NCBI GenBank assembly: GCA_964353865.1
Contig: CAYGXJ010000118.1
Span: 2,049 to 66,048 of the forward strand
Length of the DNA stretch: 64,000 nt
Origin: an uncultured Anaerolineales bacterium
GTDB taxonomy: Bacteria > Chloroflexota > Anaerolineae > Anaerolineales > RBG-16-64-43
Direction of reading: 5' to 3'
Below are positions 20,149 through 34,933 of the stretch, in pieces. Positions within the stretch are counted from its first letter, which is position 1; each line of letters opens with the position of its first letter. The notes under the pieces were generated by a model that saw nothing but the letters and a program-made list of their open reading frames with translations, was not told the DNA's origin and did not search any database. The translations under genes and the position numbers were made by a program.

Positions 20149-21351
20149 CTAATCCAGAATCTCAGTGATGACGCCGGCGCCGACCGTCAGCCCGCCTTCA
20201 CGAATGGCGAACTTCGAGCCCTTTTCCAGCGCCACCGGCACGATCAACTCCACGCTCAGGTTCACCGTGTCGCCCGGCATCACCATCTCGACCCCCTCCG
20301 GCAGCGTCAGGTTCCCCGTCACGTCCATGGTCCGGATGTAGAACTGCGGCCGATACCCCGTGAAGAACGCCTTGTGCCGCCCCCCCTCCTCCTTGCGCAG
20401 CACGTACACCTGGCTCTTGAACTTGCGGTGCGGCGTGATCGACCCGGGCTTGGCGAGCACCTGCCCGCGCTCGACCTCGTCCCGCTCGATCCCGCGCAAG
20501 AGCACCCCCACGTTATCCCCCGCCTGCCCCTCGTCCAGCAGCTTGTGGAACATCTCCACGCCCGTGCACACCGAACTGGTCGTCTTCTCCCGCAGCCCCA
20601 CGATCTCGATCGGTTCCCCGACCCTCACGATCCCCCGGTCGATGCGCCCCGTCACCACCGTCCCCCGCCCTTTGATCGAGAACACGTCCTCGATCGGCAT
20701 CATGAACGGCAGTTCCGTGTGCCGCACCGGCTGCGGAATGTACTCATCTATCACCCGCAACAGCTCCAGGATGCTCGCGTACTCCGGCGCCTTCGGGTCG
20801 GTCGAGCTGCTCTCCAGCGCCTTGAGGGCGCTCCCGCGCACGATCGGCGTCGTATCCCCAGGAAACCCGTACGAAGTCAAGAGCTCGCGCAGTTCCATCT
20901 CCACCAGTTCCAAGAGCTCCGCATCGTCCATCATGTCCACTTTGTTCAGGTACACCACGATCGACGGCACTTCCACCTGCCGCGCCAGCAGCACGTGCTC
21001 CCGCGTCTGCGGCATCGGCCCGTCCGGCACCGCCACCACCAGCACCGCCCCGTCAATCTGGGCCGCCCCGGTGATCATGTTCTTGATGTAGTCGCGGTGC
21101 CCCGGCATGTCCACGTGCGCGTAGTGGCGCTTGTCCGTCTCGTATTCCACGTGGGCGATGTTGATCGTGATCCCGCGCTCTTTCTCCTCCGGCGCATTGT
21201 CGATCGAGTCGTACGACCGAAACTGCGCTTTGCCCATAAACTGGCTTACCTTCGTGATCGCCGCCGTCAAGGTCGTCTTCCCGTGGTCAATGTGCCCCAT
21301 CGTCCCCACGTTCAGATGCGGCTTGTTGCGTACAAACTTCTCCTTCGACAT
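20149..21351 (-). CDS. tuf: Elongation factor Tu
   Basis: [34 protein letters not shown]. Confidence 0.99.
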   Translation of the reverse strand: MSKEKFVRNKPHLNVGTMGHIDHGKTTLTAAITKVSQFMGKAQFRSYDSIDNAPEEKERGITINIAHVEYETDKRHYAHVDMPGHRDYIKNMITGAAQIDGAVLVVAVPDGPMPQTREHVLLARQVEVPSIVVYLNKVDMMDDAELLELVEMELRELLTSYGFPGDTTPIVRGSALKALESSSTDPKAPEYASILELLRVIDEYIPQPVRHTELPFMMPIEDVFSIKGRGTVVTGRIDRGIVRVGEPIEIVGLREKTTSSVCTGVEMFHKLLDEGQAGDNVGVLLRGIERDEVERGQVLAKPGSITPHRKFKSQVYVLRKEEGGRHKAFFTGYRPQFYIRTMDVTGNLTLPEGVEMVMPGDTVNLSVELIVPVALEKGSKFAIREGGLTVGAGVITEILD

Positions 21352-21391
21352 GGTACGTCCTCCTGCGCGACGTCGCTGCGGCGATGGCCGC

Positions 21392-23464
21392 TTAGGCCCT
21401 GATAACCTTGTCGGCGACCTCTTGGGTCACCGCCTGATAATGGTCGAACTCCATCGTGAACACCCCGCGCCCCTGAGTGGAGGAGCGCAGCTGGGTGGCA
21501 TAGCCGAACATTTCCGCGAGCGGCACCACGGCCCGCACCGCCTGGGCCGCGCCCGGGCGAGGCTCAATGCCCAGGATGTTTCCCCGCCGGGCCGAAAGGT
21601 TGCCCATGATGTCGCCCAGATACTCCTCCGGCGCAACCACCTCGACCCGCATAACCGGCTCAAGCAACACCGGCGCGCCGCGCTGCACGCCTTCCTTGAA
21701 GCCGAGCGAGCCGGCCATCTTGAAAGCCATTTCGCTCGAGTCCACTTCGTGGTACGAGCCGTCGATCAGCTTGACGGCGATATCCACCACGGGGTACCCG
21801 GCCAGCACGCCGGCCTCGCCCGCTTCGCGCACACCCTTTTCGACCCCGGGGATGTATTCGCGCGGGATCGATCCGCCGACGATCTTGTTTTCGAACGTGA
21901 TACCCGAGCCAGGCAGGCCCGGTTCGAGCGAGAGCACGATGTGCCCGTATTGCCCATGTCCGCCGGTCTGCTTGACGTAGCGGTACTCCAGCTTGGGCAC
22001 CGCGCGGGTAATCGATTCCTTGTAGGCCACGCGCGGCCGGCCGACATTGGCCTGGACGTTGAACTCGCGGCGCATGCGATCGACCAGCACGTCCAGGTGC
22101 AATTCGCCCATGCCGGCGATGATCGTCTGGCCGGTGTTCTCGTCCACCCGCACCTGAAAGGTGGGGTCTTCCTCCGAGAGTTTCTGCATCGCCTGCGCCA
22201 GCTTGTCCTGATCGGCCGTGCTGCGCGGCTCGATGGCCACCATGATCACCGGGGTGGGGAAGGCGATGTTCTCCAAAACAATCGGGTTGCTCGTGGCGCA
22301 CAACGTATCCCCGGTGAAGGTGTCTTTCATGCCCAGCACCGCAGCGATGTCGCCCGCCAGGATCTCGGTCATCTCCTCGCGCCGGTCGGCGTACATGCGG
22401 ATCAGCCGCCCCACCCGCTCGCGCTTGCCCTTGGTTGAATTGAAGACCGTCGTGCCCTGGATGATCTTTCCCGAGTACACGCGGAAATAAGCCAGCCGCC
22501 CGACATACGGGTCGGTCACAATCTTGAACACCAGCGCGCTGAGGGGTGCGCTCTCGTCGGCCGGGCGAATCTCTTCCTCACCGGTGGATGGATGCACGCC
22601 GCGCACGGCCGGGATGTCAAGCGGGGAGGGAAGGAAATCCACCACCGCGTCGAGCACCGACTGGATGCCTTTGTTGCGCAGCGCCGACCCGCACAGCACC
22701 GGTGCCGCCGTGCCGGCAATCACCGCCCGGCGCAAGGCCGCACGCAGCTCGTCCGCGGCGATGGGCTTGGCCTCCAGGTACTTGAGGGTCAGGGCCTCGT
22801 CCGTCTCGGCGATCTTCTCGACCATGCGCGCATGCTGCGTCGCCGCGAGCGGTTCCAGCTCCGGCGGGATCGGACCCCGCTCGGGAGCCGCGCCCAATTC
22901 GTCGGGGTACAGAATGGCTTCGCCGGCCAAAAGATCGATCACGCCCCGAAACGAGGATTCCGCGCCGATCGGCAATTGAATGGGGATGGGGTTCGCGCCT
23001 AGGCGCTCCTGGATGCTCTCGACCGAGCGCTCGAAGGAGGCCCCTACCCGATCCATTTTGTTAATGAAGCACAGGCGCGGCACACCGTAGCGGTCGGCCT
23101 GGCGCCAGACCGTTTCGCTCTGGGGTTCGACGCCCTGCACCGCGTCGAACACCACCACCCCGCCATCCAGCACCCGCAACGAACGCTGCACCTCGGCGGT
23201 GAAGTCGATGTGCCCCGGCGTATCAATCAGATTGACAAAGCAGCCGCGCCACTCGGCGCTGACCGCAGCGGCTACGATGGTGATGCCGCGCTCGCGCTCT
23301 TGTTCCATCCAATCGGTGACGGTCGTGCCTTCGTCGACCGAGCCCAGGCGGTGCGTCCGCCCGGTATAGAACAAGACCCGTTCCGTCGTCGTGGTCTTGC
23401 CGGCATCGATGTGAGCGATGATGCCGATATTGCGGACTCTCTCGAGCGGGATCTGGCGTGGCAT
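21392..23464 (-). CDS. fusA: Elongation factor G
   Basis: [32 protein letters not shown]. Confidence 0.99.
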   Translation of the reverse strand: MPRQIPLERVRNIGIIAHIDAGKTTTTERVLFYTGRTHRLGSVDEGTTVTDWMEQERERGITIVAAAVSAEWRGCFVNLIDTPGHIDFTAEVQRSLRVLDGGVVVFDAVQGVEPQSETVWRQADRYGVPRLCFINKMDRVGASFERSVESIQERLGANPIPIQLPIGAESSFRGVIDLLAGEAILYPDELGAAPERGPIPPELEPLAATQHARMVEKIAETDEALTLKYLEAKPIAADELRAALRRAVIAGTAAPVLCGSALRNKGIQSVLDAVVDFLPSPLDIPAVRGVHPSTGEEEIRPADESAPLSALVFKIVTDPYVGRLAYFRVYSGKIIQGTTVFNSTKGKRERVGRLIRMYADRREEMTEILAGDIAAVLGMKDTFTGDTLCATSNPIVLENIAFPTPVIMVAIEPRSTADQDKLAQAMQKLSEEDPTFQVRVDENTGQTIIAGMGELHLDVLVDRMRREFNVQANVGRPRVAYKESITRAVPKLEYRYVKQTGGHGQYGHIVLSLEPGLPGSGITFENKIVGGSIPREYIPGVEKGVREAGEAGVLAGYPVVDIAVKLIDGSYHEVDSSEMAFKMAGSLGFKEGVQRGAPVLLEPVMRVEVVAPEEYLGDIMGNLSARRGNILGIEPRPGAAQAVRAVVPLAEMFGYATQLRSSTQGRGVFTMEFDHYQAVTQEVADKVIRA

Positions 23465-23568
23465 CTACGTCTCTTTCGGCGACCCGTGCAGCGCATGTTT
23501 CCGGTCGAACGTGCTGCCTGGCTCCCCCTGCGAGCCGCGCTGTCCGCCAGATAATTCGCTTGCCCTCG

Positions 23569-24039
23569 TTACCAGCGATAGTGGGCGAAGGCGCGGTTGG
23601 CCTCCGCCATCTTGTGCACTTCCTCGCGGCGCTTGACCGCCGTGCCCGTGTTACCGGCCGCATCCAACAGTTCCCCGGCCAGCTTCTCGCGCATCGACTT
23701 GCCGCCGCGCGCCCGGCTGGCGGCGATGAGCCAGCGCATGGCCAGGCTCTCGCGCCGCGCGGGTTCCACCTCGACCGGCACCTGATACGTGGCGCCGCCC
23801 ACCCGCCGCGGCTTGACCTCGACACTCGGGGCCACGTTCTTCAGCGCTTCCTCGAAGATCTCCATCGGCTCGCGCTTGCTGCGCTCCTGCACCAGGGCGA
23901 AGGCGCCGTAGACGATCGAGGCGGCAGTGCTCTTCTTGCCCCGCCGCATGACCAGGTGAATCATCCTCTGGACGACCAGGCTGCCGTAGCGAATGTCCGG
24001 CGGGGTTGGCCGGTTGACTGCCCGTTCACGTCGCGCCAT
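23569..24039 (-). CDS. rpsG: 30S ribosomal protein S7
   Basis: [24 protein letters not shown]. Confidence 0.98.
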   Translation of the reverse strand: MARRERAVNRPTPPDIRYGSLVVQRMIHLVMRRGKKSTAASIVYGAFALVQERSKREPMEIFEEALKNVAPSVEVKPRRVGGATYQVPVEVEPARRESLAMRWLIAASRARGGKSMREKLAGELLDAAGNTGTAVKRREEVHKMAEANRAFAHYRW

Positions 24040-24075
24040 CGTCTTTGCTCCCTAGCCGTGAGTCCACCCGGCAGC

Positions 24076-24504
24076 TTACTTGCCGGATTCCTTCGGCCGC
24101 TTGTTGCCATACTTCGAGCGGCTCTGGCGGCGCGCCTCGACACCGGTGGTGTCGAGCGTTCCGCGTACGATGTGGTAGCGCACACCGGGCAAATCCTTGA
24201 CGCGTCCGCCGCGCACCAGCACCACCGAGTGTTCCTGCAGGGCATGCCCTTCGCCGGGAATGTAGGCGGTGACCTCAATGCCGTTGGTCAGGCGCACGCG
24301 CGCAATCTTGCGCAGCGCCGAGTTCGGCTTCTTGGGAGTCATGGTGCGCACGATCGTGCACACGCCGCGCTTCTGCGGCGCGCCGCGCGGCTGGCGAATG
24401 CGGCGCTGGCGGCGTGAGTTGAGCGTGTAGAGCAGGGCCGGCGCCTTGCTCTTGGCCCGCTTGGTGCTGCGCCCCTTGCGCACGAGCTGGTTAGTCGTCG
24501 GCAA
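24076..24504 (-). CDS. rpsL: 30S ribosomal protein S12 (TTG start)
   Basis: (M)[34 protein letters not shown]; GGGAGG ribosome-binding site upstream of TTG at 24504. Confidence 0.97.
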   Translation of the reverse strand: MPTTNQLVRKGRSTKRAKSKAPALLYTLNSRRQRRIRQPRGAPQKRGVCTIVRTMTPKKPNSALRKIARVRLTNGIEVTAYIPGEGHALQEHSVVLVRGGRVKDLPGVRYHIVRGTLDTTGVEARRQSRSKYGNKRPKESGK

Positions 24505-24685
24505 TTTCGGCCTCCCTAACAGCCACGCCGGGCATTCCGTCCGGCCGTGGGCCTTTCCGAGCTTGTCCTTGGCAGTAGGGGAGGCCATCGAGAGTACGCG
24601 ATGGCCTCGCCCCAGGCGATTCGCTATTCAATTCGAGGGGGCCGACGAACCCGCCCACTCGGCCAGATTCATACGACGGGCATCA

Positions 24686-24714
24686 ATTCTACCACGCGGC
24701 TTGGCACGCGTCAA
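24686..24714 (-). promoter_or_regulatory. Sigma70-type promoter of the rpsL (str) operon
   Basis: TTGACG-N17-TAGAAT with TG extension on the minus strand. Confidence 0.75.
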
Positions 24715-24743
24715 GCCGATTCGCCGGGCTCTGCGCCCAAATA

Positions 24744-28637
<3,894 letters not shown>

Positions 28638-28751
28638 AGGACACTCCTAGACTTCGGACGCAGGAAAACGCTTCTCCCCTGGCGCTAGGGGAGAGACGAA
28701 AAGTGGCCAATTGGGTGGACGCGTGTTCAATCCAGACGAAGGCGAACGGGT

Positions 28752-28780
28752 ATTATAGCGCCCACGCGCCAGGGAGTCAA
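28752..28780 (-). promoter_or_regulatory. Sigma70-type promoter of rpoB
   Basis: TTGACT-N17-TATAAT on the minus strand, about 115 bp upstream of the ATG. Confidence 0.8.
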
Positions 28781-28900
28781 GTGACACCGGCGGGGGGCAA
28801 GGGGCGCAGGCCAGGGATTACGGGAGATTCTGCTCCCACGCGGCATTCCTCCCTGGCTGCCTGCCGCCCTGGATAACCCAGCGCCATCTTGCCTGGCATG

Positions 28901-28940
28901 AAAAGCCACCTGCCCAACCCCCTACGGGATGGCAGGTGGC
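28901..28940 (-). terminator. Intrinsic terminator after the 6S RNA
   Basis: GCCACCTGCC / GGCAGGTGGC stem followed by TTTT on the minus strand. Confidence 0.75.
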
Positions 28941-28945
28941 AAATA

Positions 28946-29118
28946 AGACCCCCCGCTGTGCCGTGTGCTGCTTTGTTTTGAACCTGCTTTCGCAGGTGGG
29001 AACCTGCCCGCGAGGTCAGCCTTGGCGAGTGCCTATCGCTTTCCGCGCGTGAGCTAGGGACCCTCTCAGACCGTGTTGGCTCAAAACGCGATGCTGCATC
29101 ACCAACACAGCAGGGTTG
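28946..29118 (-). ncRNA. ssrS: 6S RNA
   Basis: 5' arm ACCCTGCTGTGTTG...GTTTTGAGCC pairs with 3' arm GGTTCAAAAC...CGGCACAGCGGGGGGT; CCCACCTG-CGAAAG-CAGG element; about 175 nt; own promoter and terminator; downstream of aspS, as for the Bacillus subtilis 6S-1 gene. Confidence 0.88.
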
Positions 29119-29123
29119 CTCGC

Positions 29124-29152
29124 CTTATACCACAAGAGCGCCCCACCCGCAA
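29124..29152 (-). promoter_or_regulatory. Promoter of the 6S RNA
   Basis: TTGCGG-N17-TATAAG with TG extension, immediately after the aspS stop codon. Confidence 0.7.
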
Positions 29153-29153
29153 C

Positions 29154-30926
29154 TCACTCCGCGGCCACCACGCGGATGCTCAACTCCTGCAACTGCTGTG
29201 GGTCGGCCGTGGAGGGGGCACCCGCCATCACATCCGCCGCCTGTTGGTTTTTTGGGAAGGCGATCACCTCGCGGATGTTCTCCTCCCCGGCGAGCACCAT
29301 GCACAGGCGGTCGATCCCTGGAGCGATGCCGCCGTGCGGTGGCGTGCCGTACTCGAAGGCTTCGAGCATGTGCCCGAACCGTTCGCGCGCCACCTGGGGG
29401 TCGAGCCCGATCAGGTGGAAGACCTTCTCCTGCAGCGCGCGGTCGTGAATGCGGATTGATCCGCCGCCGACCTCGTAGTTGTTGAGCACCAAATCGTATT
29501 GCTGCCCGCGCGCCCGGCCCGGCGCGGTGTCGAGTAACGGAATATCCTCGAGCACGGGCGACGTAAACAAGTGGTGACTCGGTTCCCAGCGTTTGTCGGC
29601 GTCGCTCCACACCACGAAGGGGAAGTCGATCACCCAGCAGAATGCGAGCAGATTGGGGTCGCACAGGCCGAGACGCTCGCCCAAATGCACGCGCAAACGA
29701 CCCAAGGATTCAAATACGACCGAGGGCTGGTCGGCGACGAAGAGCAGCAGGTCACCCGGCTGGATGTCCAGCCGGGCCTGCAACGCCTGCAGCCGGTCGG
29801 GGGCGAGGAACTTGGCGAAGGATGAGCGCACCTCTCCGCTCGAGGTGAGGGCCAGGTAGGCCAGGCCTTTGGCGCCGTAGGGGCGAATGAACTCGAGCAG
29901 CTCGTCGATCTGCTTGCGGCTCCACTCGGCCTGTCCCTTGACATTCAGCCCGCGCACGTGCCCGCCATGGGCCGCCCCCTCCTCGAAGACTTTGAACCCG
30001 CTGCCCGGAGCCAGGTCGGTTACATCCTTGAGCTCCATGCCGAAACGCAGGTCGGGGTTGTCCTTGCCGAAGCGCGCCATGGCTTCGGCGTAGGTGAGGC
30101 GCGGCCAGGGGCTGGCCAGCAGCCGCTTCGCCGGTGTAACCTCCGCGACCAGCCGGGTGAAAAGGTCCTCCGTCAGGCCCATCACGTCTTCGCGCTCCAC
30201 GAACGACATCTCCACGTCCAATTGCGTGAATTCGGGCTGGCGGTCGCCGCGCTGGTCTTCGTCGCGGAAACACCTGGCAATTTGGAAGTACCGTTCGATG
30301 CCTGCCACCATGAGCAACTGCTTGAGTTGCTGCGGGCTCTGCGGCAGCGCGTAGAATTTTCCGGGATGGACGCGCGAGGGCACAAGATAGTCGCGCGCTC
30401 CCTCCGGCGTCGTCTTGAACAAGATGGGCGTTTCGACCTCCATGAACCCGTGAGCATCCATGTAGTCACGAATGAACTTCACCACGCGGTGGCGCAGCAG
30501 AAGGTTGCGCGCCATGTGCTCGGTGCGCAGGTCGAGGTAGCGATACTTGAGGCGCACACTCTCTTCCACCGGCTTGTCTTCGTTGATCACGAAGGGTGGC
30601 GTGCGTGCAGGGTTGAGGATGCGCACCTCACGCGCTTCGATTTCGATCTCGCCGGTGGCCAGCCCAGGGTTTTCCATGCCGGCCGGCCGGCGGCGCACAA
30701 CCCCGCGCACCTGCAAGACAAACTCGTTGCGCACATCAATGGCCGCCGCATGGGCCCCAGACTCCACATCCGGGTGGGCCGTGATTTGGACGATTCCCCA
30801 GCGATCGCGCAGATCGAGGAAGATCACCCCACCATGGTCCCGCCGGCGATGGACCCAACCGGCCAGGGTGACCTCGGTTCCCTCGTGAGTGGCACGCAAC
30901 TCGCCACAGGTATGTGTCTTGTACAT
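29154..30926 (-). CDS. aspS: Aspartate--tRNA ligase
   Basis: [50 protein letters not shown]. The DHGG motif is typical of the non-discriminating type. Confidence 0.97.
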   Translation of the reverse strand: MYKTHTCGELRATHEGTEVTLAGWVHRRRDHGGVIFLDLRDRWGIVQITAHPDVESGAHAAAIDVRNEFVLQVRGVVRRRPAGMENPGLATGEIEIEAREVRILNPARTPPFVINEDKPVEESVRLKYRYLDLRTEHMARNLLLRHRVVKFIRDYMDAHGFMEVETPILFKTTPEGARDYLVPSRVHPGKFYALPQSPQQLKQLLMVAGIERYFQIARCFRDEDQRGDRQPEFTQLDVEMSFVEREDVMGLTEDLFTRLVAEVTPAKRLLASPWPRLTYAEAMARFGKDNPDLRFGMELKDVTDLAPGSGFKVFEEGAAHGGHVRGLNVKGQAEWSRKQIDELLEFIRPYGAKGLAYLALTSSGEVRSSFAKFLAPDRLQALQARLDIQPGDLLLFVADQPSVVFESLGRLRVHLGERLGLCDPNLLAFCWVIDFPFVVWSDADKRWEPSHHLFTSPVLEDIPLLDTAPGRARGQQYDLVLNNYEVGGGSIRIHDRALQEKVFHLIGLDPQVARERFGHMLEAFEYGTPPHGGIAPGIDRLCMVLAGEENIREVIAFPKNQQAADVMAGAPSTADPQQLQELSIRVVAAE

Positions 30927-31142
30927 TCGGCCTCTCTTCAACCCTCGGCGCGCCAGATCGCGCACACGGAGGCACGACGCCTGACCGCCCACGCCAGTCC
31001 TCACGGCCCGCTCAGGGTTGGCCGGCGACTGCGCGGGCTGCGCGGCTCGCATAAAAGGCAAACGAGCACGCGAGGCTGATCGCCGCGCAGCCTGCTCGTC
31101 TTCCGCCGTCCGCGGTGCTCTCCGAACGATGTGTGGTGGGCG

Positions 31143-31151
31143 ATTATATCA
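31143..31151 (-). promoter_or_regulatory. Extended -10 promoter upstream of the aspS leader
   Basis: TGATATAAT on the minus strand, about 215 nt before the aspS ATG. Confidence 0.6.
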
Positions 31152-31183
31152 AAGGCACAATGGCCCAGCATCGCGCGGCGAGA

Positions 31184-32224
31184 CTATCCCACCGGGTTGC
31201 GGGTGGCATGGATCAGATCCGCCAACAGGCCATAGGCGGTGGTCTGGGGTCCCGGGTTGTGCTCGATAAGGGTCAGCCCCTCCAGCATGTCGATCTCGAA
31301 ATGAATCACCGACGAGGTCCCTGAGACGCTCGCCAAGGGGTCACCCCACGGAAGGCTCTCCGGGCCCACGGAAGCTTCCAGACCGCCACTGGCTGTGCGC
31401 CGAGCACGACACACCAACTTGATCGGGCGCCCGGCGCCGCGCGCCTCACGCGCCATGGCGGGGGTGATGCCGCGAATTCCTTCACGTTTGACTTGCGAAG
31501 GCAGAATCGGCGAGTCCATCAGGATCGTCGCTAGCGCCGCCACCTTGATCGCCGCGTCCCACCCGTCCACGTCCGCCGAGGGGTCGGTTTCGGCAATCCC
31601 CAGCGCCTGCGCCGCGTGCACTCCCTGCTCCAGGTCCTTGCCCGCCTCGAGTTCGCCAAGAATGAAGTTGGTCGTCGAATTGAGCACGCCGCGAAATCCG
31701 AGAAGGCGGGCCGCCGGAAGCGTTTCGCGAAAGAGCGAAAAGACCGGTGCACCATCGAGAACGGTCGACTCGAAAAGGAAATGCAGGTGGTTCTGCGCGG
31801 CGAGGTCGCGCAACGTCTTATACCCGTAGACCAGCGGCCCTTTGTTGGCCGTGACAACGTGGACTCCCGCCTCCAGCGCCGTCAGCACATGCGTCAGAGC
31901 CGGCTCTCCGGTGCGCGGGTTGAGCGGCGTGACCTCGACCATGACTTGTGCCTGAGCCAGGCGCAAGTTCTGATCCAATTGCGCGAGCGGCTTGGTCCGC
32001 CCGAATTCATCCAGGCGCCCTCCGGCCTCCACAACTCGCACGAGATCGCCGGTCGGCAACCCCTCCGAGGCGATCGCCAGCCCATGGGCGCGGGTGAGAA
32101 CGCCGGTCAGGCGGAATTCCAGCCCATACAGTTGACGCAAGTCCGCCTGCTTGGCCACGAGCATTCGCGCCAACGCACGCCCGACGTTGCCAAACCCGAT
32201 CAGGACGAGATTGATGGGAGCCAT
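31184..32224 (-). CDS. hom: Homoserine dehydrogenase (short type)
   Basis: LIGFGNVG, HVVTANKGP, FESTVLDGAP, GVLNSTTNFIL, DVDGWDAAIK. Confidence 0.9.
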   Translation of the reverse strand: MAPINLVLIGFGNVGRALARMLVAKQADLRQLYGLEFRLTGVLTRAHGLAIASEGLPTGDLVRVVEAGGRLDEFGRTKPLAQLDQNLRLAQAQVMVEVTPLNPRTGEPALTHVLTALEAGVHVVTANKGPLVYGYKTLRDLAAQNHLHFLFESTVLDGAPVFSLFRETLPAARLLGFRGVLNSTTNFILGELEAGKDLEQGVHAAQALGIAETDPSADVDGWDAAIKVAALATILMDSPILPSQVKREGIRGITPAMAREARGAGRPIKLVCRARRTASGGLEASVGPESLPWGDPLASVSGTSSVIHFEIDMLEGLTLIEHNPGPQTTAYGLLADLIHATRNPVG

Positions 32225-32343
32225 GAGCTTCTCCTCGTCAAACCCCTGCAACCCCCTTGGATCCTTCCGCTAGCCGGGTTGCGCGCGGAGCGAAACCGGC
32301 GTTACACTTGGCTGGCGGTCGCAATGAGCCGAGCGGAAGGTGC

Positions 32344-32604
32344 ATGATGGATGCGGACATCGTGTGTGTTGCTGAAGTCTACGGCGTTCTTGAGGGCGAG
32401 TGGTGCCGCTCCCAGCTCGAGGCCAACAGCATTCCGGTTATGCTCAGTTCGGAGGCTGCCGGCAGCGCCTACCGGGTGACCGTGGGTGCCTTGGGCCGCG
32501 TGCAGGTATTCGTCCCCGCCCGCTTCGCTGAGCAGGCACGCGAGATCCTGGCCGCCAAAGGTGATGAGCACGAGGCGGCATCCAGCGCGCCCGGTCCCTC
32601 CTAA
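32344..32604 (+). CDS. DUF2007 / putative signal-transducing protein
   Basis: About 85 aa; E..RSQLEANSIPV...G.VQVFVP...E.AREIL pattern. Confidence 0.7.
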   Translation: MMDADIVCVAEVYGVLEGEWCRSQLEANSIPVMLSSEAAGSAYRVTVGALGRVQVFVPARFAEQAREILAAKGDEHEAASSAPGPS

Positions 32605-33995
32605 GGAAACAACTCTTCCAGCCACTGCTGCGGGTCCACTTGCACGCCCCCCACCCACATCTCCCAGTGCAGGTGCGGACCGGTCACCCGGCCACTGCGC
32701 CCAATCGTTCCGATCAGCTCCCCCTCCACGATCGTCTGCCCCATGTGGACGCTCACCGAATCCTGGTGGCATATCCGCGAGAAGATGCCCCACCCGTGAT
32801 CGATGACCGTTGCCATCCCGCACACATCTTGCGGGCCAGTGAATACGATGCGCCCCCCGGCCGGCGCGAAGATCTCGCGCCCCACCCGGCCGGCGAAGTC
32901 GATCCCGGCGTGGTAGGTGGCGTACGTGCCATTGAAGAGCCGGCGCCGGCCGAACAAGGATGTGACTGCGGTGTCCACCGGCTCGCTGAAGGGAGCGCTC
33001 CACGCCCGGTCCGAGGTGAAGGAGGCCACCATGGCGCGCATCGTTTCCAGCTCGCGTTGATTGACGAGCGGGTCGAGCGTTTCCGGGTTCACCGCCAGGG
33101 GCGGGTCATTGGGGTAGTCACCCGAGGCGACGGCCACATCCTGGCTGAACTCACGCGTTGTCCCATCCTCGAGCTGCAAGCGGATCGAGAAGGGATAGAC
33201 CCCGGGGTCGATCATGGCGGGCAATCCCTGCAGCGCCACCCACGCGTTGTCGCTTTCGCCGAAGTTCAACACGTAGGAGGCCAGCTCACCTTGCACGCGA
33301 GCCGATGCCGACGATCCCACATGCACCTCGGCCGTCCGGCCTTGGGTGAGCGGCAACGTCCGGAAGCGAACTTCGGTGATGGGAGCCGGCCAGGCGCGCA
33401 AGGGTTGATCGCCCTCAGCGACATACAGCGTGCGGCCGGTGAACTGGTCGGCAAAAGATCGCAGACCGTTGACCTGCGCCAGCGCCCATGGGTTGAGCCC
33501 GCCCTTCGCAGCGGTGAGCAGCAGCGGTTCACCGCTGGCCAGCGGCGCCAGCCGCCCGCGCTCGATACGCACCTCGCTCACCACGGAGGCAGGGGCTGCC
33601 TCCTCCGGTTGGGTGACGACAAGTTCTTGGCCGGCATAGAGACGCTCGGGGTTGGCTGTGTGGTTGAGGCGCAGCACGGCCTGCGGCGATAGTCCAAAGC
33701 GCAGAGAGAGCGTCGTCAGGTTCTCGCCAAACTCGACCGTATGCGTCGTGAGCACCCCGCGCATCCCCTCCAGGCCCGGGATCATGATGCGCTCGCCGGG
33801 TTGCAGGACGTGGGCTAGGTCGAATCCGTTGACCGCCATCAATTCATCCAGGCGTGTGCCGAAGCGGGCGGCGATAACCGTCAGGTTGTCGCCCGGTTGG
33901 ACAATGTAAATCGGCCCCTGCACCTGGGCAGAGGCCGGCCGAGCCAGCATCAACAGCAGGGCGAGCAACGCGCTAGCGCGCTGCGCCCGCAGCAT
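32601..33995 (-). CDS. Secreted LysM + M23 family metallopeptidase
   Basis: Signal peptide ending ASA; LysM YIVQPGDNL; M23 motifs HAGIDF and GPHLHWE. Start is approximate. Confidence 0.9.
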   Translation of the reverse strand: MLRAQRASALLALLLMLARPASAQVQGPIYIVQPGDNLTVIAARFGTRLDELMAVNGFDLAHVLQPGERIMIPGLEGMRGVLTTHTVEFGENLTTLSLRFGLSPQAVLRLNHTANPERLYAGQELVVTQPEEAAPASVVSEVRIERGRLAPLASGEPLLLTAAKGGLNPWALAQVNGLRSFADQFTGRTLYVAEGDQPLRAWPAPITEVRFRTLPLTQGRTAEVHVGSSASARVQGELASYVLNFGESDNAWVALQGLPAMIDPGVYPFSIRLQLEDGTTREFSQDVAVASGDYPNDPPLAVNPETLDPLVNQRELETMRAMVASFTSDRAWSAPFSEPVDTAVTSLFGRRRLFNGTYATYHAGIDFAGRVGREIFAPAGGRIVFTGPQDVCGMATVIDHGWGIFSRICHQDSVSVHMGQTIVEGELIGTIGRSGRVTGPHLHWEMWVGGVQVDPQQWLEELFP

Positions 33996-34392
33996 CCAGC
34001 GCAAGGCGGTCTCCCACGGCGGCAGAATCGATACGCGCCTGAGCCACTTCGAGCACGTAGCGAGCCGGGCGCTGCGGGGCATAGAAGAGGCGCCACGGCT
34101 TGGCCAGGCAGCGCGAGACAACAACACCCTCCTCATCGAGCCAGAAGACGGCCAGTGGGAAGAAGACGAACAGCATGTGGATGGCCGAATCGATGCGCGA
34201 GGTCGTGCTCATCACCAGCAGAGCCCCCTGCTCACCGCCCAAACGGCGACGCAGCATCAGGCCCCTGAGCCGCGATCCGAAGCTGCGGCAGACGCGCACC
34301 TGGCCTGCCAGGGGTGCGCCGCGCGTGCGATTGCCAACGGCGCATGCGCCCTGACGTCCTCTGGAAAACCCGGGTTCACTCAGATCAGGCAT
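33973..34392 (-). CDS. DUF192 family protein
   Basis: RLRGLM.R, IHMLFVFFPL, YVLEV motifs. Confidence 0.8.
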   Translation of the reverse strand: MPDLSEPGFSRGRQGACAVGNRTRGAPLAGQVRVCRSFGSRLRGLMLRRRLGGEQGALLVMSTTSRIDSAIHMLFVFFPLAVFWLDEEGVVVSRCLAKPWRLFYAPQRPARYVLEVAQARIDSAAVGDRLALDAAGAAR

Positions 34393-34401
34393 GGTAGCCC
34401 A

Positions 34402-34797
34402 TCACCCGGAAGAGGCGGCGCGCCGCCGCGCCAGAATGCGCTCGACGCTGTCGATGAGCTGTTTGGGCGTAAAGGGTTTGGTGAGATAGTCGTCAACGTG
34501 GGCCACGTGCAACCCCAGAACCCGGTCGATATCTTGGGCGCGTGCCGTCACCACGATCACCGGCACGGGCGCCAACAGCGGATCCTCTTTCAAGCGCCGG
34601 TAGACTTCCCAGCCGTCCAGATCCGGCATCATCAAATCGAGCAGGATGAGATCCGGGCGCTGCACCTGAACCAGGGTCAATCCCTCCTGGCCGCCCGCCG
34701 CGCCGATGACTTGATAGCCCTTGCGGCCGAGGATCGTCCGCACCAACTCGATGATTTGCGGGTCATCTTCGATACAGACTATCCGGACGGCAGGCAT
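34402..34797 (-). CDS. Single-domain response regulator (receiver only)
   Basis: IEDD, LLDLMMPDLDG, YLTKPF; no output domain. Confidence 0.9.
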   Translation of the reverse strand: MPAVRIVCIEDDPQIIELVRTILGRKGYQVIGAAGGQEGLTLVQVQRPDLILLDLMMPDLDGWEVYRRLKEDPLLAPVPVIVVTARAQDIDRVLGLHVAHVDDYLTKPFTPKQLIDSVERILARRRAASSG

Positions 34798-34933
34798 TGG
34801 ACCTCCAACCGCTGGACGAGGGATCGCGGCAACAGCGCGCTTTCAAGTCTACCACCGGCGAAGGAAAAGGAGAAAACACGCAGCGCAGCGGCACGCTCGT
34901 CGGGACCGCGGCGGGCTGCGGCTCGCGCGCGGG

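Noticed and set aside
31095-31125. Glycine-riboswitch-like GGAGAG...GGAAG and T-box-like CACCGCG in the aspS leader
   Set aside because: The remaining conserved elements of both families are missing.
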